Shown: positions 27,191 to 36,754 of the stretch, one piece after another | How positions within the stretch are numbered: the stretch's first letter is position 1 | How the letters are laid out: each line of letters starts with the position of its first letter | DNA from: Candidatus Omnitrophota bacterium | Lineage (GTDB): Bacteria > Omnitrophota > Gorgyraeia > S143-82 | NCBI GenBank assembly: GCA_015494465.1 | Contig: WGBD01000007.1 | Coordinates: 3,009 to 67,008 of the forward strand | DNA: 64,000 nucleotides | Direction of reading: 5' to 3' | The notes under the pieces: model-generated | The model's database searches: none | Told to the model about the DNA's origin: nothing | Seen by the model: the letters and a program-made list of their open reading frames with translations, nothing else | Translations under genes and position numbers: made by a program

Positions 27191-28387
27191 CTACTTGCCA
27201 AGTGCCTTCTTAAACGCCTTGGTAAGGGCAGGGACCACCTCAAACAGGTCCCCGACTATACCGTAATGGGCAACCGAGAATATGGGCGCGCTTGGATCGT
27301 TGTTTATCGCTACTATGCACTTGCTGGACTGCATGCCGACCAGGTGCTGTATCTGTCCGGATATACCCACCGCTATGTAGAGTTTGGGACAGACGGTCTT
27401 ACCGGTCTGACCTACCTGATGGGAATAGGGGATCCATCCCGCATCCACCGCGGCCCGGGAGGCGCCCACTGCAGCTCCCAAGACCTCTGCCAACTCCTCC
27501 AGTAGTTTGAAGTTCTCGGGCCCCCTCAAGCCCCTGCCTCCAGAGACGATTATGTCCGCCTCAGATAAGTTGACGGTAGAGGTGACCTCTTTGACTACCT
27601 CAAGGACCTTGGAGCGGACATCCAGATCACCTTCTTCCACCCGCTCTACTATGACCTCGCCCTTTCTGGCCTCATCCCGCTTCGCCTCGGGGAAGACCTT
27701 GTGCCTCACGGTGGCCATCTGGGGTCTGTGTCTCGGGGTGATGATAGTAGCCATTATGTTTCCCCCAAAGGCAGGCCGGGTCTGGAGGAGGTTTCTCGTC
27801 TCCGGGTCCACATCCAATCCGGTGCAGTCTGCGGTGAGTCCTGCCTGCAACTGCACCGCCACCCGGGACACCAAGGCCCGACCTATCGCAGTGGCCCCGG
27901 AAAGGACTATCTCCGGACGGTACTTCTTTATCAACCTGGTGAGGATAGAGGCGTACTCCTCGTCTACGAAGTGGCGCAGGGAGCTGTCCTCTACCAGATA
28001 GACATTGTCTGCCCCACGATATATCAATTCCTCCACCTGATCCTTAACATTCTCCCCTAATAGGACTGCCCCCACATAGGTGTTGAGTTTGTCCGCCAAC
28101 TCCCGGGCCTTGCCCAAGAGCTCAAAGACCACCGGCTGGACCTTGTTCTCCTTCTGCTCGGCAAATACCCACACTCCCCTCCAGTCCTCGAACTTGTCCC
28201 GCGGGCCTTCCTCGCGGATTATCTCCATGGCGTCGAACTTACACACCTCAACGCAGGCCCCGCATAGGGTACAGACTGCGGGGTCTACTACCGCCTTCTT
28301 CTCCTCGTCTATGTGGAGGGCACCAAAGGGACAGACCTGCACGCAGGCCTTACACCCAACGCACTTGTTCCTGTCTATCTTCAGCAT
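27191..28387 (-). CDS. etfA: Electron transfer flavoprotein alpha subunit with N-terminal 2x[4Fe-4S] ferredoxin domain
   Basis: Two CxxCxxCxxxCP clusters at the N-terminus (CVGCKACVQVCP, CTLCGACVEVCK) followed by an EtfA FAD-binding domain. Confidence 0.88.
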   Translation of the reverse strand: MLKIDRNKCVGCKACVQVCPFGALHIDEEKKAVVDPAVCTLCGACVEVCKFDAMEIIREEGPRDKFEDWRGVWVFAEQKENKVQPVVFELLGKARELADKLNTYVGAVLLGENVKDQVEELIYRGADNVYLVEDSSLRHFVDEEYASILTRLIKKYRPEIVLSGATAIGRALVSRVAVQLQAGLTADCTGLDVDPETRNLLQTRPAFGGNIMATIITPRHRPQMATVRHKVFPEAKRDEARKGEVIVERVEEGDLDVRSKVLEVVKEVTSTVNLSEADIIVSGGRGLRGPENFKLLEELAEVLGAAVGASRAAVDAGWIPYSHQVGQTGKTVCPKLYIAVGISGQIQHLVGMQSSKCIVAINNDPSAPIFSVAHYGIVGDLFEVVPALTKAFKKALGK

Positions 28388-28403
28388 CGCTATCTCCTCT
28401 TTT

Positions 28404-29189
28404 CTACTTCAACAGGGGCAACAACTTCTCTACGAGTTTGTCTGCCATCTCTTCGGGTGATTCGCCCTCTATTATCTCGTGTTCACCCGTTCGCTCGGGA
28501 GTGAATATCTTTACCACCTGAGTCGGGGAACCCTTTAAGCCTATCTTGTCGGGATCGACATCCAGGTCCTCGGCGGTCCACCTGGGTATCTCTACCTTCT
28601 TGGCCCGCATCTTGCCTCTCAGCGAGGGAGGACGGGGCTCGTTTATCTCCTTTACCACGGTGAACAACGCGGGCAGGCTTACCTCTACCACATCGTAGCC
28701 TTCCTCGGTCATCCGTTCCACGACTGCCTTTTCCTCGTCTATGGAGACTATCTTCTTCACATAGGTAACCTGGGGCAGATCGAGGTGGGTGGCTATTCCC
28801 GGTCCGACCTGAGCGGTATCCCCGTCGGAGGCCTGCTTACCGCAGAGTATGAGGTCGTAATTGGCGATGCGATCTATCGCCCGGGATAGGGTATAACTGG
28901 TGGCATAGGTGTCGCTACCTGCAAAGGCCCTATCGGTTATGAGTATCGCCTCGTCCACCCCCATTGCGATGGCCTCTCGCAGGGCGGATTCTGCCTGAGG
29001 GGGGCCCATGGTGATGGCTATGACCTTGCCACCGTGTTTTTCTTTAAGGCGAATGCCTTCTTCTATGGCGTACATGTCAAAGGGGTTTATTATCGACTGC
29101 ACCCCTTCTCTGACGAGGGTATTGGTCTCGGGATTTATCTTCACATCCGCGGTGTCGGGGACCTGTTTTATGCAGACTATGATGTCCAT
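28404..29189 (-). CDS. etfB: Electron transfer flavoprotein beta subunit
   Basis: Start at MDIIVCIKQVPD, the EtfB N-terminus. The longer ORF-track N-extension is low-complexity and overlaps bcd. Its ATG overlaps the bcd TAA in a TAATG motif. Confidence 0.88.
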   Translation of the reverse strand: MDIIVCIKQVPDTADVKINPETNTLVREGVQSIINPFDMYAIEEGIRLKEKHGGKVIAITMGPPQAESALREAIAMGVDEAILITDRAFAGSDTYATSYTLSRAIDRIANYDLILCGKQASDGDTAQVGPGIATHLDLPQVTYVKKIVSIDEEKAVVERMTEEGYDVVEVSLPALFTVVKEINEPRPPSLRGKMRAKKVEIPRWTAEDLDVDPDKIGLKGSPTQVVKIFTPERTGEHEIIEGESPEEMADKLVEKLLPLLK

Positions 29190-30346
29190 TACTTCAGGGC
29201 CTCCTTTATGAGGTGCTGGGCGATGACATTTCTCTGTATCTGGTTGGTCCCTTCGTATATCTGGGTGATCTTCGCGTCGCGCATGAACTTTTCTACCGGA
29301 TACTCTTTCATGTATCCGTAGCCTCCAAACAATTGGACCGCATCGGTGGTCACCTCCATGGCAACATCCGAGGCGAACATCTTGGCCATAGCGGATTCCT
29401 TGGCTATGTCGGTGTGCCCGGCGTCGGCCATCCTGGCAACGCTGTAGACCAAGGCCCGCGCTGCCTCTATCTTGGTGGCCATGTCCGCCAGCATCCACTG
29501 TATCCCCTGAAACGAGGATATGGGCCTGCCGAACTGCTCACGCTTGCGGACATAGTCGAGGGCCAGGTCAAAGGCACCTTGGGCTATCCCCAAGGCCTGG
29601 GCAGCGACTCCCGGACGGGACATGTCGAAGGTCTTTAAGGTGATGATAAAGCCCATCCCCTCTCTCCCCAAGAGGTTTTCTTTGGGCACCTTGCACTCGT
29701 TGAATATCAGCTCCCGGGTGGCGGAGGCCCTTATACCCATCTTGTCCTCTTTCTTACCGAACTCAAACCCCGGCGTGCCCTTCTCAACTATAAAGGCCGA
29801 CGCCCCCCTCGGGCCTTTCGCCTTGTTGGTCATGGCGATGACCACATATATGTCCGCCTCACCACCGTTGGTGATGAAGTGCTTGGTCCCGTTCAATACA
29901 TAATAATCCCCTTCCTTACGAGCGGTGGTCTGGATGGCAGAGATGTCGCTTCCAGCGGAAGGCTCGGTGACCGCGAAGGCGGCGAGGGTACCTTCAGCAA
30001 CCCTGGGAAGGTACTTCTTCTTCTGCTCCTCGTTTCCGTAGAGTATTATGGGGAAGATCCCTAATGCGGTCGCTGCGTAGGTTACCGCCACTCCCCCGCA
30101 GGCCCGGGCCAATTGCTCGGTGACGAGACACAACTCCAGCATACCTTTGCCGTTCTCCACCAGTCCACCGTACTCCTCGGGCACGAACAACCTAAAGAAG
30201 TCCGACTGGGCCAGGATCTTCATTATCTCGTGAGGGAACTCGTTCTTCTCGTCCAGCTCCTGAGCCACGGGCATAACTTTATCTCTGGCTATCTCCCAGG
30301 CCAAGTCCCTTATCTCCTGCTGGAATTCGGTCAATAGGTAATCCAT
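29189..30346 (-). CDS. bcd: Acyl-CoA dehydrogenase (butyryl-CoA dehydrogenase-like)
   Basis: Start at MDYLLTEFQQEIRD after GGAGG. Acyl-CoA dehydrogenase signatures. C-terminal ITQIYEGTNQIQR. Confidence 0.88.
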   Translation of the reverse strand: MDYLLTEFQQEIRDLAWEIARDKVMPVAQELDEKNEFPHEIMKILAQSDFFRLFVPEEYGGLVENGKGMLELCLVTEQLARACGGVAVTYAATALGIFPIILYGNEEQKKKYLPRVAEGTLAAFAVTEPSAGSDISAIQTTARKEGDYYVLNGTKHFITNGGEADIYVVIAMTNKAKGPRGASAFIVEKGTPGFEFGKKEDKMGIRASATRELIFNECKVPKENLLGREGMGFIITLKTFDMSRPGVAAQALGIAQGAFDLALDYVRKREQFGRPISSFQGIQWMLADMATKIEAARALVYSVARMADAGHTDIAKESAMAKMFASDVAMEVTTDAVQLFGGYGYMKEYPVEKFMRDAKITQIYEGTNQIQRNVIAQHLIKEALK

Positions 30347-30372
30347 ATCTGCCTCCTCTAAATATCCGACCT

Positions 30373-31620
30373 CTACCCCTCGAACTTCTTCACCACAACT
30401 GTGGCGTTGTGGCCCCCAAAGCCAAGCGAATTGGACATGGCAACCCTGACCTCCATCTCCCGCATCTGATTTGGAACATAATCGAGATCGCATTCGGGAT
30501 CAGGATTACGATAGTTTATGGTCGGATGCACTCTATCCTCGTAGACGCTCAATGCAGTGGCCACGAGCTCTACTGCCCCCGCTGCACCGAGCAGGTGCCC
30601 AGTCATGGACTTGGTGGAGCTGATGGCCAGCTTATAGGCGTGATCACCGAACACCTTCTTTATCGCCAGGGTCTCCAGTTTGTCGTTCAGCTTGGTGGAT
30701 GTGCCGTGGGCGTTGATGTAGTCGACATCCTCTGGTTTTAGGCCTGCATCCTCCAGGGCCAAGGCCATTGCCCTGGCTCCACCCTCTGCCTCGGGATGTG
30801 GTGCGGTCATGTGATAGGCATCCCCAGTCATCGCGTAACCTACTACCTCTGCGTAGATCCTCGCCCCTCGTTTTTTGGCGTGTTCGAGCTCTTCCAATAT
30901 AACTATACCCGCACCTTCTCCCATGACGAAACCGTTCCGCGTAGCGTCGAAGGGACGAGACGCGGTTTCGGGTTGGTCGTTGTAAGTGGATAGGGCCTTA
31001 GCAGCACAAAAACCACCTATACCCACCGGGGTAATCGCTGCCTCCGTTCCGCCCGCAAACATCACATCTGCGTAGCCCGATTGCACGATCCTAAAGGCAT
31101 CGCCTATCGCGTGGGTACCGGTCGCACAGGCGGTCGAGACGCAGGTATTGGGGCCCTTTAGTCCCATGTATATGGAAACCATACCCGAGGCAAGGTTAAC
31201 GATCATCATGGGTATGGTAAAAGGAGACATCCTGCTGGGGCCTTTTTCTAAAAGGACTAACAACTCCCTCTCCAAGGTGTGCACTCCACCGATCCCTGAA
31301 CCGATGATCACCCCCGCCCTATAGGCCTCAGGGGCCTCAAACGGTAAAGGAAGCCCTGCATCCTTACCTGCCTGAAAGGAGGCATGGAGGGCGAATTGTA
31401 TAAACCTGTCCATCCTCCTCAATTCCTTCTTAGGCAGGTAATCGGAGGCGTCGAACTCTACGATCTCACCTGCTATCTGGGAGTCAAAGGCACTAGGATC
31501 GAAGGAACTTATCCGCCTTATCCCGCTTTTCCCCGAGAGAAGGGCCTGCCAAAACTCCTCTTTCCCAATGCCAACGGGCGAAACGACACCCAGACCGGTG
31601 ATTACGACCCTGCGCTTCAT
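30373..31620 (-). CDS. fabF: 3-oxoacyl-[ACP] synthase II
   Basis: 415 aa. Active-site Cys context VSTACATGTHAIG and the His/His motifs AHGTSTKLND, GHLLGAAG. Confidence 0.92.
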   Translation of the reverse strand: MKRRVVITGLGVVSPVGIGKEEFWQALLSGKSGIRRISSFDPSAFDSQIAGEIVEFDASDYLPKKELRRMDRFIQFALHASFQAGKDAGLPLPFEAPEAYRAGVIIGSGIGGVHTLERELLVLLEKGPSRMSPFTIPMMIVNLASGMVSIYMGLKGPNTCVSTACATGTHAIGDAFRIVQSGYADVMFAGGTEAAITPVGIGGFCAAKALSTYNDQPETASRPFDATRNGFVMGEGAGIVILEELEHAKKRGARIYAEVVGYAMTGDAYHMTAPHPEAEGGARAMALALEDAGLKPEDVDYINAHGTSTKLNDKLETLAIKKVFGDHAYKLAISSTKSMTGHLLGAAGAVELVATALSVYEDRVHPTINYRNPDPECDLDYVPNQMREMEVRVAMSNSLGFGGHNATVVVKKFEG

Positions 31621-31642
31621 GGATTGTCGGAAGGGATTGCGA

Positions 31643-31885
31643 CTAGCTGTTAGCCAACTTTTCCTCTATGTACTTTATAGCATCCCCCACGGTGGAGATC
31701 TTCTCTGCGTCCTCGTCGGGGATCTCCATGCCAAACTCGTCTTCAAGGGCCATGACCAATTCAACGGTATCCAGGGAGTCGGCCCCAAGGTCGTTCACGA
31801 AGGAAGACTCAGGCTTGACCTCCTCTTCCCGGACGCCCAACTGCTCTGCTACGATCTTGATCACCTTCTGTGCGACATCGGACAT
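31643..31885 (-). CDS. acpP: Acyl carrier protein
   Basis: 80 aa. The phosphopantetheine attachment motif [16 protein letters not shown]. Confidence 0.92.
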   Translation of the reverse strand: MSDVAQKVIKIVAEQLGVREEEVKPESSFVNDLGADSLDTVELVMALEDEFGMEIPDEDAEKISTVGDAIKYIEEKLANS

Positions 31886-31905
31886 AACCGCCTCCTTTTT
31901 TTAAA

Positions 31906-32661
31906 TTAAACCATTCCCCCGTCCACCAAAATCGTCTGACCAGTTATGTAATCGGATAAGGAACTGGCCAGGAAAAGGCAGGTATTGGCCACATCTCTGG
32001 GTTCCCCTAACCTCTTAAGAGGTATGTTGGACATAAGCCTTGCCTTTACCTCTTCCGAAAGAACCTCGGTCATCTTGGTCTTTATAAAGCCCGGGGCTAT
32101 TGCGTTTACGTTTATCCCCCGCGAAGCCAACTCCTTGGCGACGGTCTTGGTGAAGGCGATCACGCCACCTTTTGAGGCAGAGTAATTCGCCTGCCCCACA
32201 TTTCCCATTACGCCTACCACCGACGCGATGTTTATTATCTTACCCGAGCGCTGTTTCATCATGACCTTGGCCACCGCCCGGGTAACGAGAAAGACCCCTT
32301 TAAGGTTGACCGCCAGCACCGCATCCCAGTCCTCTTCTTTCATTCTCACGAGGAGATTGTCCCGGGTGATGCCGGCGTTGTTAACTAATATATCAACTCT
32401 CCCCCATTTGTCAACAACTTTGTCCACCAGTTCCTGCACCTGTTTATCGTCGACAACATTGGTTGCTGCGTAGATGCACTCAGCCCCAAGGGCCTCCAGT
32501 TCCTTGCAGGCCTCCTGCAGGTCTGCCTCGTTCAGATCGCAGATGCATATCCTGGCCTCGTGCTCGGCAAATACCCGTGCGATCTCCCTTCCTATCCCCC
32601 GCGCACCTCCGGTTATGAGCACCACCTTTCCTGCGATGTCCTGAGAGAACTCGTAAGCCAT
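31906..32661 (-). CDS. fabG: 3-oxoacyl-[ACP] reductase
   Basis: 251 aa SDR. TGGARGIG Rossmann, NNAG and the YSASKGG catalytic motif. Confidence 0.9.
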   Translation of the reverse strand: MAYEFSQDIAGKVVLITGGARGIGREIARVFAEHEARICICDLNEADLQEACKELEALGAECIYAATNVVDDKQVQELVDKVVDKWGRVDILVNNAGITRDNLLVRMKEEDWDAVLAVNLKGVFLVTRAVAKVMMKQRSGKIINIASVVGVMGNVGQANYSASKGGVIAFTKTVAKELASRGINVNAIAPGFIKTKMTEVLSEEVKARLMSNIPLKRLGEPRDVANTCLFLASSLSDYITGQTILVDGGMV

Positions 32662-32676
32662 CTCTATGCCTCCTGT

Positions 32677-35109
32677 TTAAGACACCACCAAGTTTACCAA
32701 CTTGTTTGGGACCACTATCACCTTCCTTACCTCTTTCCCCTCGAGATAGCGTTTTACCTCTTCCTTGGCAGAGGTTTCTACCTCCTCCCGCGAGGCACCA
32801 GCGGGTAGTTTTACCCTGCCCCGCACCTTTCCGTTCACCTGCACCACCCACTCAATCACATCCTCCTTGAGGTACTCGGGATCGTATTCCGGCCACGGGT
32901 GGTTCACCAACGGACCCTTGCCTCCTATCCTCTCCCACATCTCCTCGCATGTGTGGGGGACGAAGGGGTAGAGAAGGAGTATCAACGACTTCAATGCGGT
33001 CATAAAGACATCCTTGGGTATCCCCTGGTCCCTGCGTTCGTAGATAAGGTTGACCAACTCCATAATGGAACTGACCGCGGTGTTGAAGTGGAAGTCCCCT
33101 TCCATGTCCGCGGTCACTTTCTTTATGGTGCTGTGGACCTTCTTCAAGATTATCCTGCCCACCTCCGGATCCTCTTTCTCGCCGAGGTCCTCGTAAAGTT
33201 GGAGAAGGTTCCAGACCCGGTTGAGGAACCTCCACACGCCCTCAACCGCCCTGTCGTTCCACTCCGCGTCCTTGTCCGGCGGACCTATGAAAAGGATGTA
33301 TAGTCTCATCGTATCCGCACCGAATCTCTCTATCAGGGCATCGGGGCTGACGACATTCCCCTTGGACTTGGACATCTTGGCCCCGTCTTTGATGATCATC
33401 CCCTGGGTAAACAACCTCTCAAAGGGCTCAACGAAACCGACATAGCCCAGATCGTAAAGGACCTTGGTGATGAAGCGGGAGTACATCAGGTGAAGTATCG
33501 CGTGCTCGACCCCGCCTATGTACTGATCCACCGGAAGCCACTTATCGACGAGTTCAGAGTCAAAGGGCTTGTCCTCGTCGTGCGGTGATATGTACCTGAG
33601 GTAGTACCAGCTGGAGTCCACGAAGGTGTCCATGGTATCAGTCTCCCGCCTTGCGGGAGCACCGCACCTCGGACAGGTGGTGTTGACGAACTCCTCTACA
33701 TACCTGAGCGGGGACTCGCCGGTGGGTCGGAACTCCACCACATCGGGTAAGAGGACCGGCAGGTCCTCTTCCGGGACCGGGACTATTCCACACTTATCAC
33801 AATAGATTATAGGTATAGGCGCGCCCCAGTACCTCTGTCTGGATATTAACCAGTCCCGCAGGCGGTAATTGACCTTCCTCCTGCCCCAACCGTTCTCCTC
33901 TATCCAGTCCGCAATCCTCTCCTTGGCGGTCTCGCTGTCCATCCCGTTGAACTGGGCAGAGTTGACCATAATCCCGCTATCCTCCCATGCGGACTGGGAC
34001 AGATCCGCCTCGTCGTGGTGGACTACCTCAATAATCTCTAGATTGTAGCGCCTGGCGAACTCCCAATCCCTCTGATCGTGGGCGGGAACTGCCATAACCG
34101 CTCCGGTGCCGTACTCAGTAACCACATAGTTGCCCACCCACAAAGGAACGCGCCTGCCGTTCACCGGGTTTATCACGAACAGTCCGGTAGAAATCCCCTT
34201 CTTGTCCGCTACCGCTCCCCTATCCCTATGGCGCTCCCTCAGGACCTCGTCTATGAATTCCCTAACCGCATTACGGTTGGGACTCATGGCGAGGATCTCG
34301 TCTATGTACTGATAGTCCGGTGCCACGACCACATAGGTAACACCGAATATCGTGTCTATTCGGGTGGTAAAGCAGGTTATCCTGAGGTCCGATCCCTCCA
34401 AGGGAAATTCTATCTCCACGCCCTCGCTCCTGCCGATCCAATTCTTCTGCATCAGCTTTACGCGGGCAGGCCAGTGTTCCAACAGTTCCAGATCGTCGAG
34501 TAGCCTCTGGGCGTAGTCGGTTATCTTGAAAAACCACTGCTCCAATTCCCTCTGTTGGACGGGTGTGGAGCACCTCTCACAGGCCCCGTCTATCACCTGC
34601 TCGTTCGCCAGGACCGTATTGCAGGAGGGGCACCAGTTCACCGCTGCCTTCTTCTTGTAGGCCAGTCCCTTTTCGTAGAGTTTCAGGAACAGCCACTGCG
34701 TCCACTTGTAATAGTCCGGCAGGCAGGTGGTTATCTCCCGGTCCCAGTCGTATCCTATCCCCCAGCTCTTTAACTGGCTCTTTATGCGGGAGATGTTGCG
34801 CAAGGTCCAATCCTTAGGGTGGATCTGATGCTTTATCGCTGCGTTCTCCGCCGGCAATCCGAAGGCATCCCAACCCATCGGGGAGAGGACGACGAACCCC
34901 CGCATCCGTTTGTATCTGGAGACCGCATCGCCTATCACATAATTCCGGGCGTGGCCCACGTGCAACTCCGCAGACGGATAGGGGAACATAACCAGGGAAT
35001 AATACTTTTTCTCCTTAGGCGTGCTGGCAACATCTACATTGAAGACCCTCTCCGCATCCCAGCGCCTCTGCCACTTTCTCTCTATCTCTCCAAACGGATA
35101 ACCCATCAC
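32677..35109 (-). CDS. leuS: Leucyl-tRNA synthetase
   Basis: 810 aa. HIGH motif (HVGHARNY) and KMSKS (KMSKSKGN). The editing and zinc-ribbon regions are present. Confidence 0.95.
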   Translation of the reverse strand: MMGYPFGEIERKWQRRWDAERVFNVDVASTPKEKKYYSLVMFPYPSAELHVGHARNYVIGDAVSRYKRMRGFVVLSPMGWDAFGLPAENAAIKHQIHPKDWTLRNISRIKSQLKSWGIGYDWDREITTCLPDYYKWTQWLFLKLYEKGLAYKKKAAVNWCPSCNTVLANEQVIDGACERCSTPVQQRELEQWFFKITDYAQRLLDDLELLEHWPARVKLMQKNWIGRSEGVEIEFPLEGSDLRITCFTTRIDTIFGVTYVVVAPDYQYIDEILAMSPNRNAVREFIDEVLRERHRDRGAVADKKGISTGLFVINPVNGRRVPLWVGNYVVTEYGTGAVMAVPAHDQRDWEFARRYNLEIIEVVHHDEADLSQSAWEDSGIMVNSAQFNGMDSETAKERIADWIEENGWGRRKVNYRLRDWLISRQRYWGAPIPIIYCDKCGIVPVPEEDLPVLLPDVVEFRPTGESPLRYVEEFVNTTCPRCGAPARRETDTMDTFVDSSWYYLRYISPHDEDKPFDSELVDKWLPVDQYIGGVEHAILHLMYSRFITKVLYDLGYVGFVEPFERLFTQGMIIKDGAKMSKSKGNVVSPDALIERFGADTMRLYILFIGPPDKDAEWNDRAVEGVWRFLNRVWNLLQLYEDLGEKEDPEVGRIILKKVHSTIKKVTADMEGDFHFNTAVSSIMELVNLIYERRDQGIPKDVFMTALKSLILLLYPFVPHTCEEMWERIGGKGPLVNHPWPEYDPEYLKEDVIEWVVQVNGKVRGRVKLPAGASREEVETSAKEEVKRYLEGKEVRKVIVVPNKLVNLVVS

Positions 35110-35133
35110 AACCCCCTTGATAAGGCCATCCTA

Positions 35134-36195
35134 TCAGTCCTCCACGGGATACGATCCCAAGACTTTCATAAACTTACACCTTTTCTCCAATTCGTCAAGT
35201 GCCAGTTTCACCCGCTCTTCCTCGACATGCCCTTCGAAGTCTAAGAAGAAGTAGTAATCCCAGGCCTTTACCTTGGAGGGTCTAGACTCTATCTTGGTGA
35301 GGTTGATCCCCCTGCGCTTGAAGGGCAGTAGCATGTGGTGCAAGGCCCCAACCTCGTCCTTTATGGAAAACAGGATCGATGTCTTGTCCTTACCCGTGGG
35401 TCGGGAGATGTGCTCGCCTATCACCAGGAATCGGGTATAGTTGTGGGGAAAGTCCTCTATGGAGCGGGCCAAGACCTTCAGCCCGTAGGTCCTGGCTGCC
35501 AACAAGCTGGCTATAGCCCCTGCGCCCTTTTCCTTCTTGGCCAACTGGGCAGCGTAGGTGGTGCTCGGCACCTCCTTCAGCTCTACCCCTGGAAGGTTGG
35601 CCTCCAACCACATCCTACACTGACCGAAGACTATGGGATGGGAATAGACCCTCTTTATCTTCCTCAATTCGCAATTGGCCAGGAGATTGTGGGATATCTC
35701 AAGCATAATCTGGGAGCATATCTTCAGGTCGGTGTCTATGAACATGTCCAGGGTGTAGGTCACCGCACCTTCTATCGAGTTCTCCACCGGTACCACGCCG
35801 TAATCTGCCTGTCCTTTCTCCACCACCGCAAAGACATCCCTTATGTTGAGACACGGGCTGTACTCGGGACCAGAACCAAAGCGCTTTTTGGCTGCTTCGT
35901 GGGTAAACGAGGCCTCTGGACCCAGGTAGGCGATCGTAAGCCTTCTCTGTAAGGCAAGGGAGGCGGATATTATCTCCCTGTAGATCGCCTCCAGGGCCTC
36001 GGGAGGCAGTGGTCCGCTGGAAAACGACTTCACCTTCTCCAAGAGTTCTGCCTCCCTAGCTGGATCGAATATGGGATAATTATTCCTGCGCTTTACCTGC
36101 CCGATCTTCTGACTCAACCTGGCCCTGCGGTTCAGAAGGGCGACTATCTTCTGATCCAGGGCCTCTATCTGGTCTCGCAACTTCTCCAAGTCCAA
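35134..36195 (-). CDS. pheA: Bifunctional chorismate mutase / prephenate dehydratase (P-protein)
   Basis: N-terminal CM helix LRDQIEALDQKIVALLNRR, a PDT domain and a C-terminal ACT domain. Initiates at TTG (36195) after GGAGGAGG. An in-frame TAG lies immediately upstream. Confidence 0.88.
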   Translation of the reverse strand: MDLEKLRDQIEALDQKIVALLNRRARLSQKIGQVKRRNNYPIFDPAREAELLEKVKSFSSGPLPPEALEAIYREIISASLALQRRLTIAYLGPEASFTHEAAKKRFGSGPEYSPCLNIRDVFAVVEKGQADYGVVPVENSIEGAVTYTLDMFIDTDLKICSQIMLEISHNLLANCELRKIKRVYSHPIVFGQCRMWLEANLPGVELKEVPSTTYAAQLAKKEKGAGAIASLLAARTYGLKVLARSIEDFPHNYTRFLVIGEHISRPTGKDKTSILFSIKDEVGALHHMLLPFKRRGINLTKIESRPSKVKAWDYYFFLDFEGHVEEERVKLALDELEKRCKFMKVLGSYPVED

Positions 36196-36754
36196 GGTCT
36201 ACCTCCTCCTGAGTCAATTCACCCAAGACATGTTCAAATTCCTCTAACTTCGGCAACTCGTCTAACGAGCCCAACCCGAAGTAATCCAAAAACTGTTCGG
36301 TCGTGGCGTACAAGAAGGGACGGCCCGGAACCTCCTTCCTCCCCTCTATCTTTATCAATCCCTTCTCGAACAGCCCCTTTATCACCCCGTCACAGGCAAC
36401 CCCTCTTATCTGCTCTATCTCTACCTTGGTTATAGGCTGGCGATAGGCGATGATGGCAAGGGTCTCCAGGGCTGCCCGGCTGAGCCTTTCCTGGCGGTAT
36501 ATGGAATACAGCTTCCGTATCCAAGAGGAGAACTCCGAGAGCACGAATATCCTGTAGCCGTTGGCAATCTTACGGATGCGAAAGCTCCGGTTGGTCTCTT
36601 CGTAGATGCGATTTAATTCATCTATTACGGTAGGGACATCCGAAGGCTTCAGGTCCATTCCGACCACCTCGCACAGCTCCTTGGGGCTCATGGGGTGGTC
36701 TGCAACCATTAGCAAGGCCTCTATCAAGCGCATAAGCTCCTGATCAACGCTCAT
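36080..36754 (-). CDS. scpB: Segregation and condensation protein B
   Basis: 224 aa. Two winged-helix repeats typical of ScpB. The acidic C-tail overlaps the pheA start by about 116 nt. Confidence 0.85.
   Translation of the reverse strand: MSVDQELMRLIEALLMVADHPMSPKELCEVVGMDLKPSDVPTVIDELNRIYEETNRSFRIRKIANGYRIFVLSEFSSWIRKLYSIYRQERLSRAALETLAIIAYRQPITKVEIEQIRGVACDGVIKGLFEKGLIKIEGRKEVPGRPFLYATTEQFLDYFGLGSLDELPKLEEFEHVLGELTQEEVDLGLGEVARPDRGPGSEDSRPSEPQGQVESEDRAGKAQE

Noticed and set aside
28404-30493. Long N-terminal extensions in the ORF track for etfB (to 29498) and bcd (to 30493), and similar for fur (to 23559), folE, recA, ribH, thyX
   Set aside because: The extensions are Arg/Gly-rich junk that overlaps the upstream gene. 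Conserved family N-termini and RBS or promoter positions support the internal Met starts.
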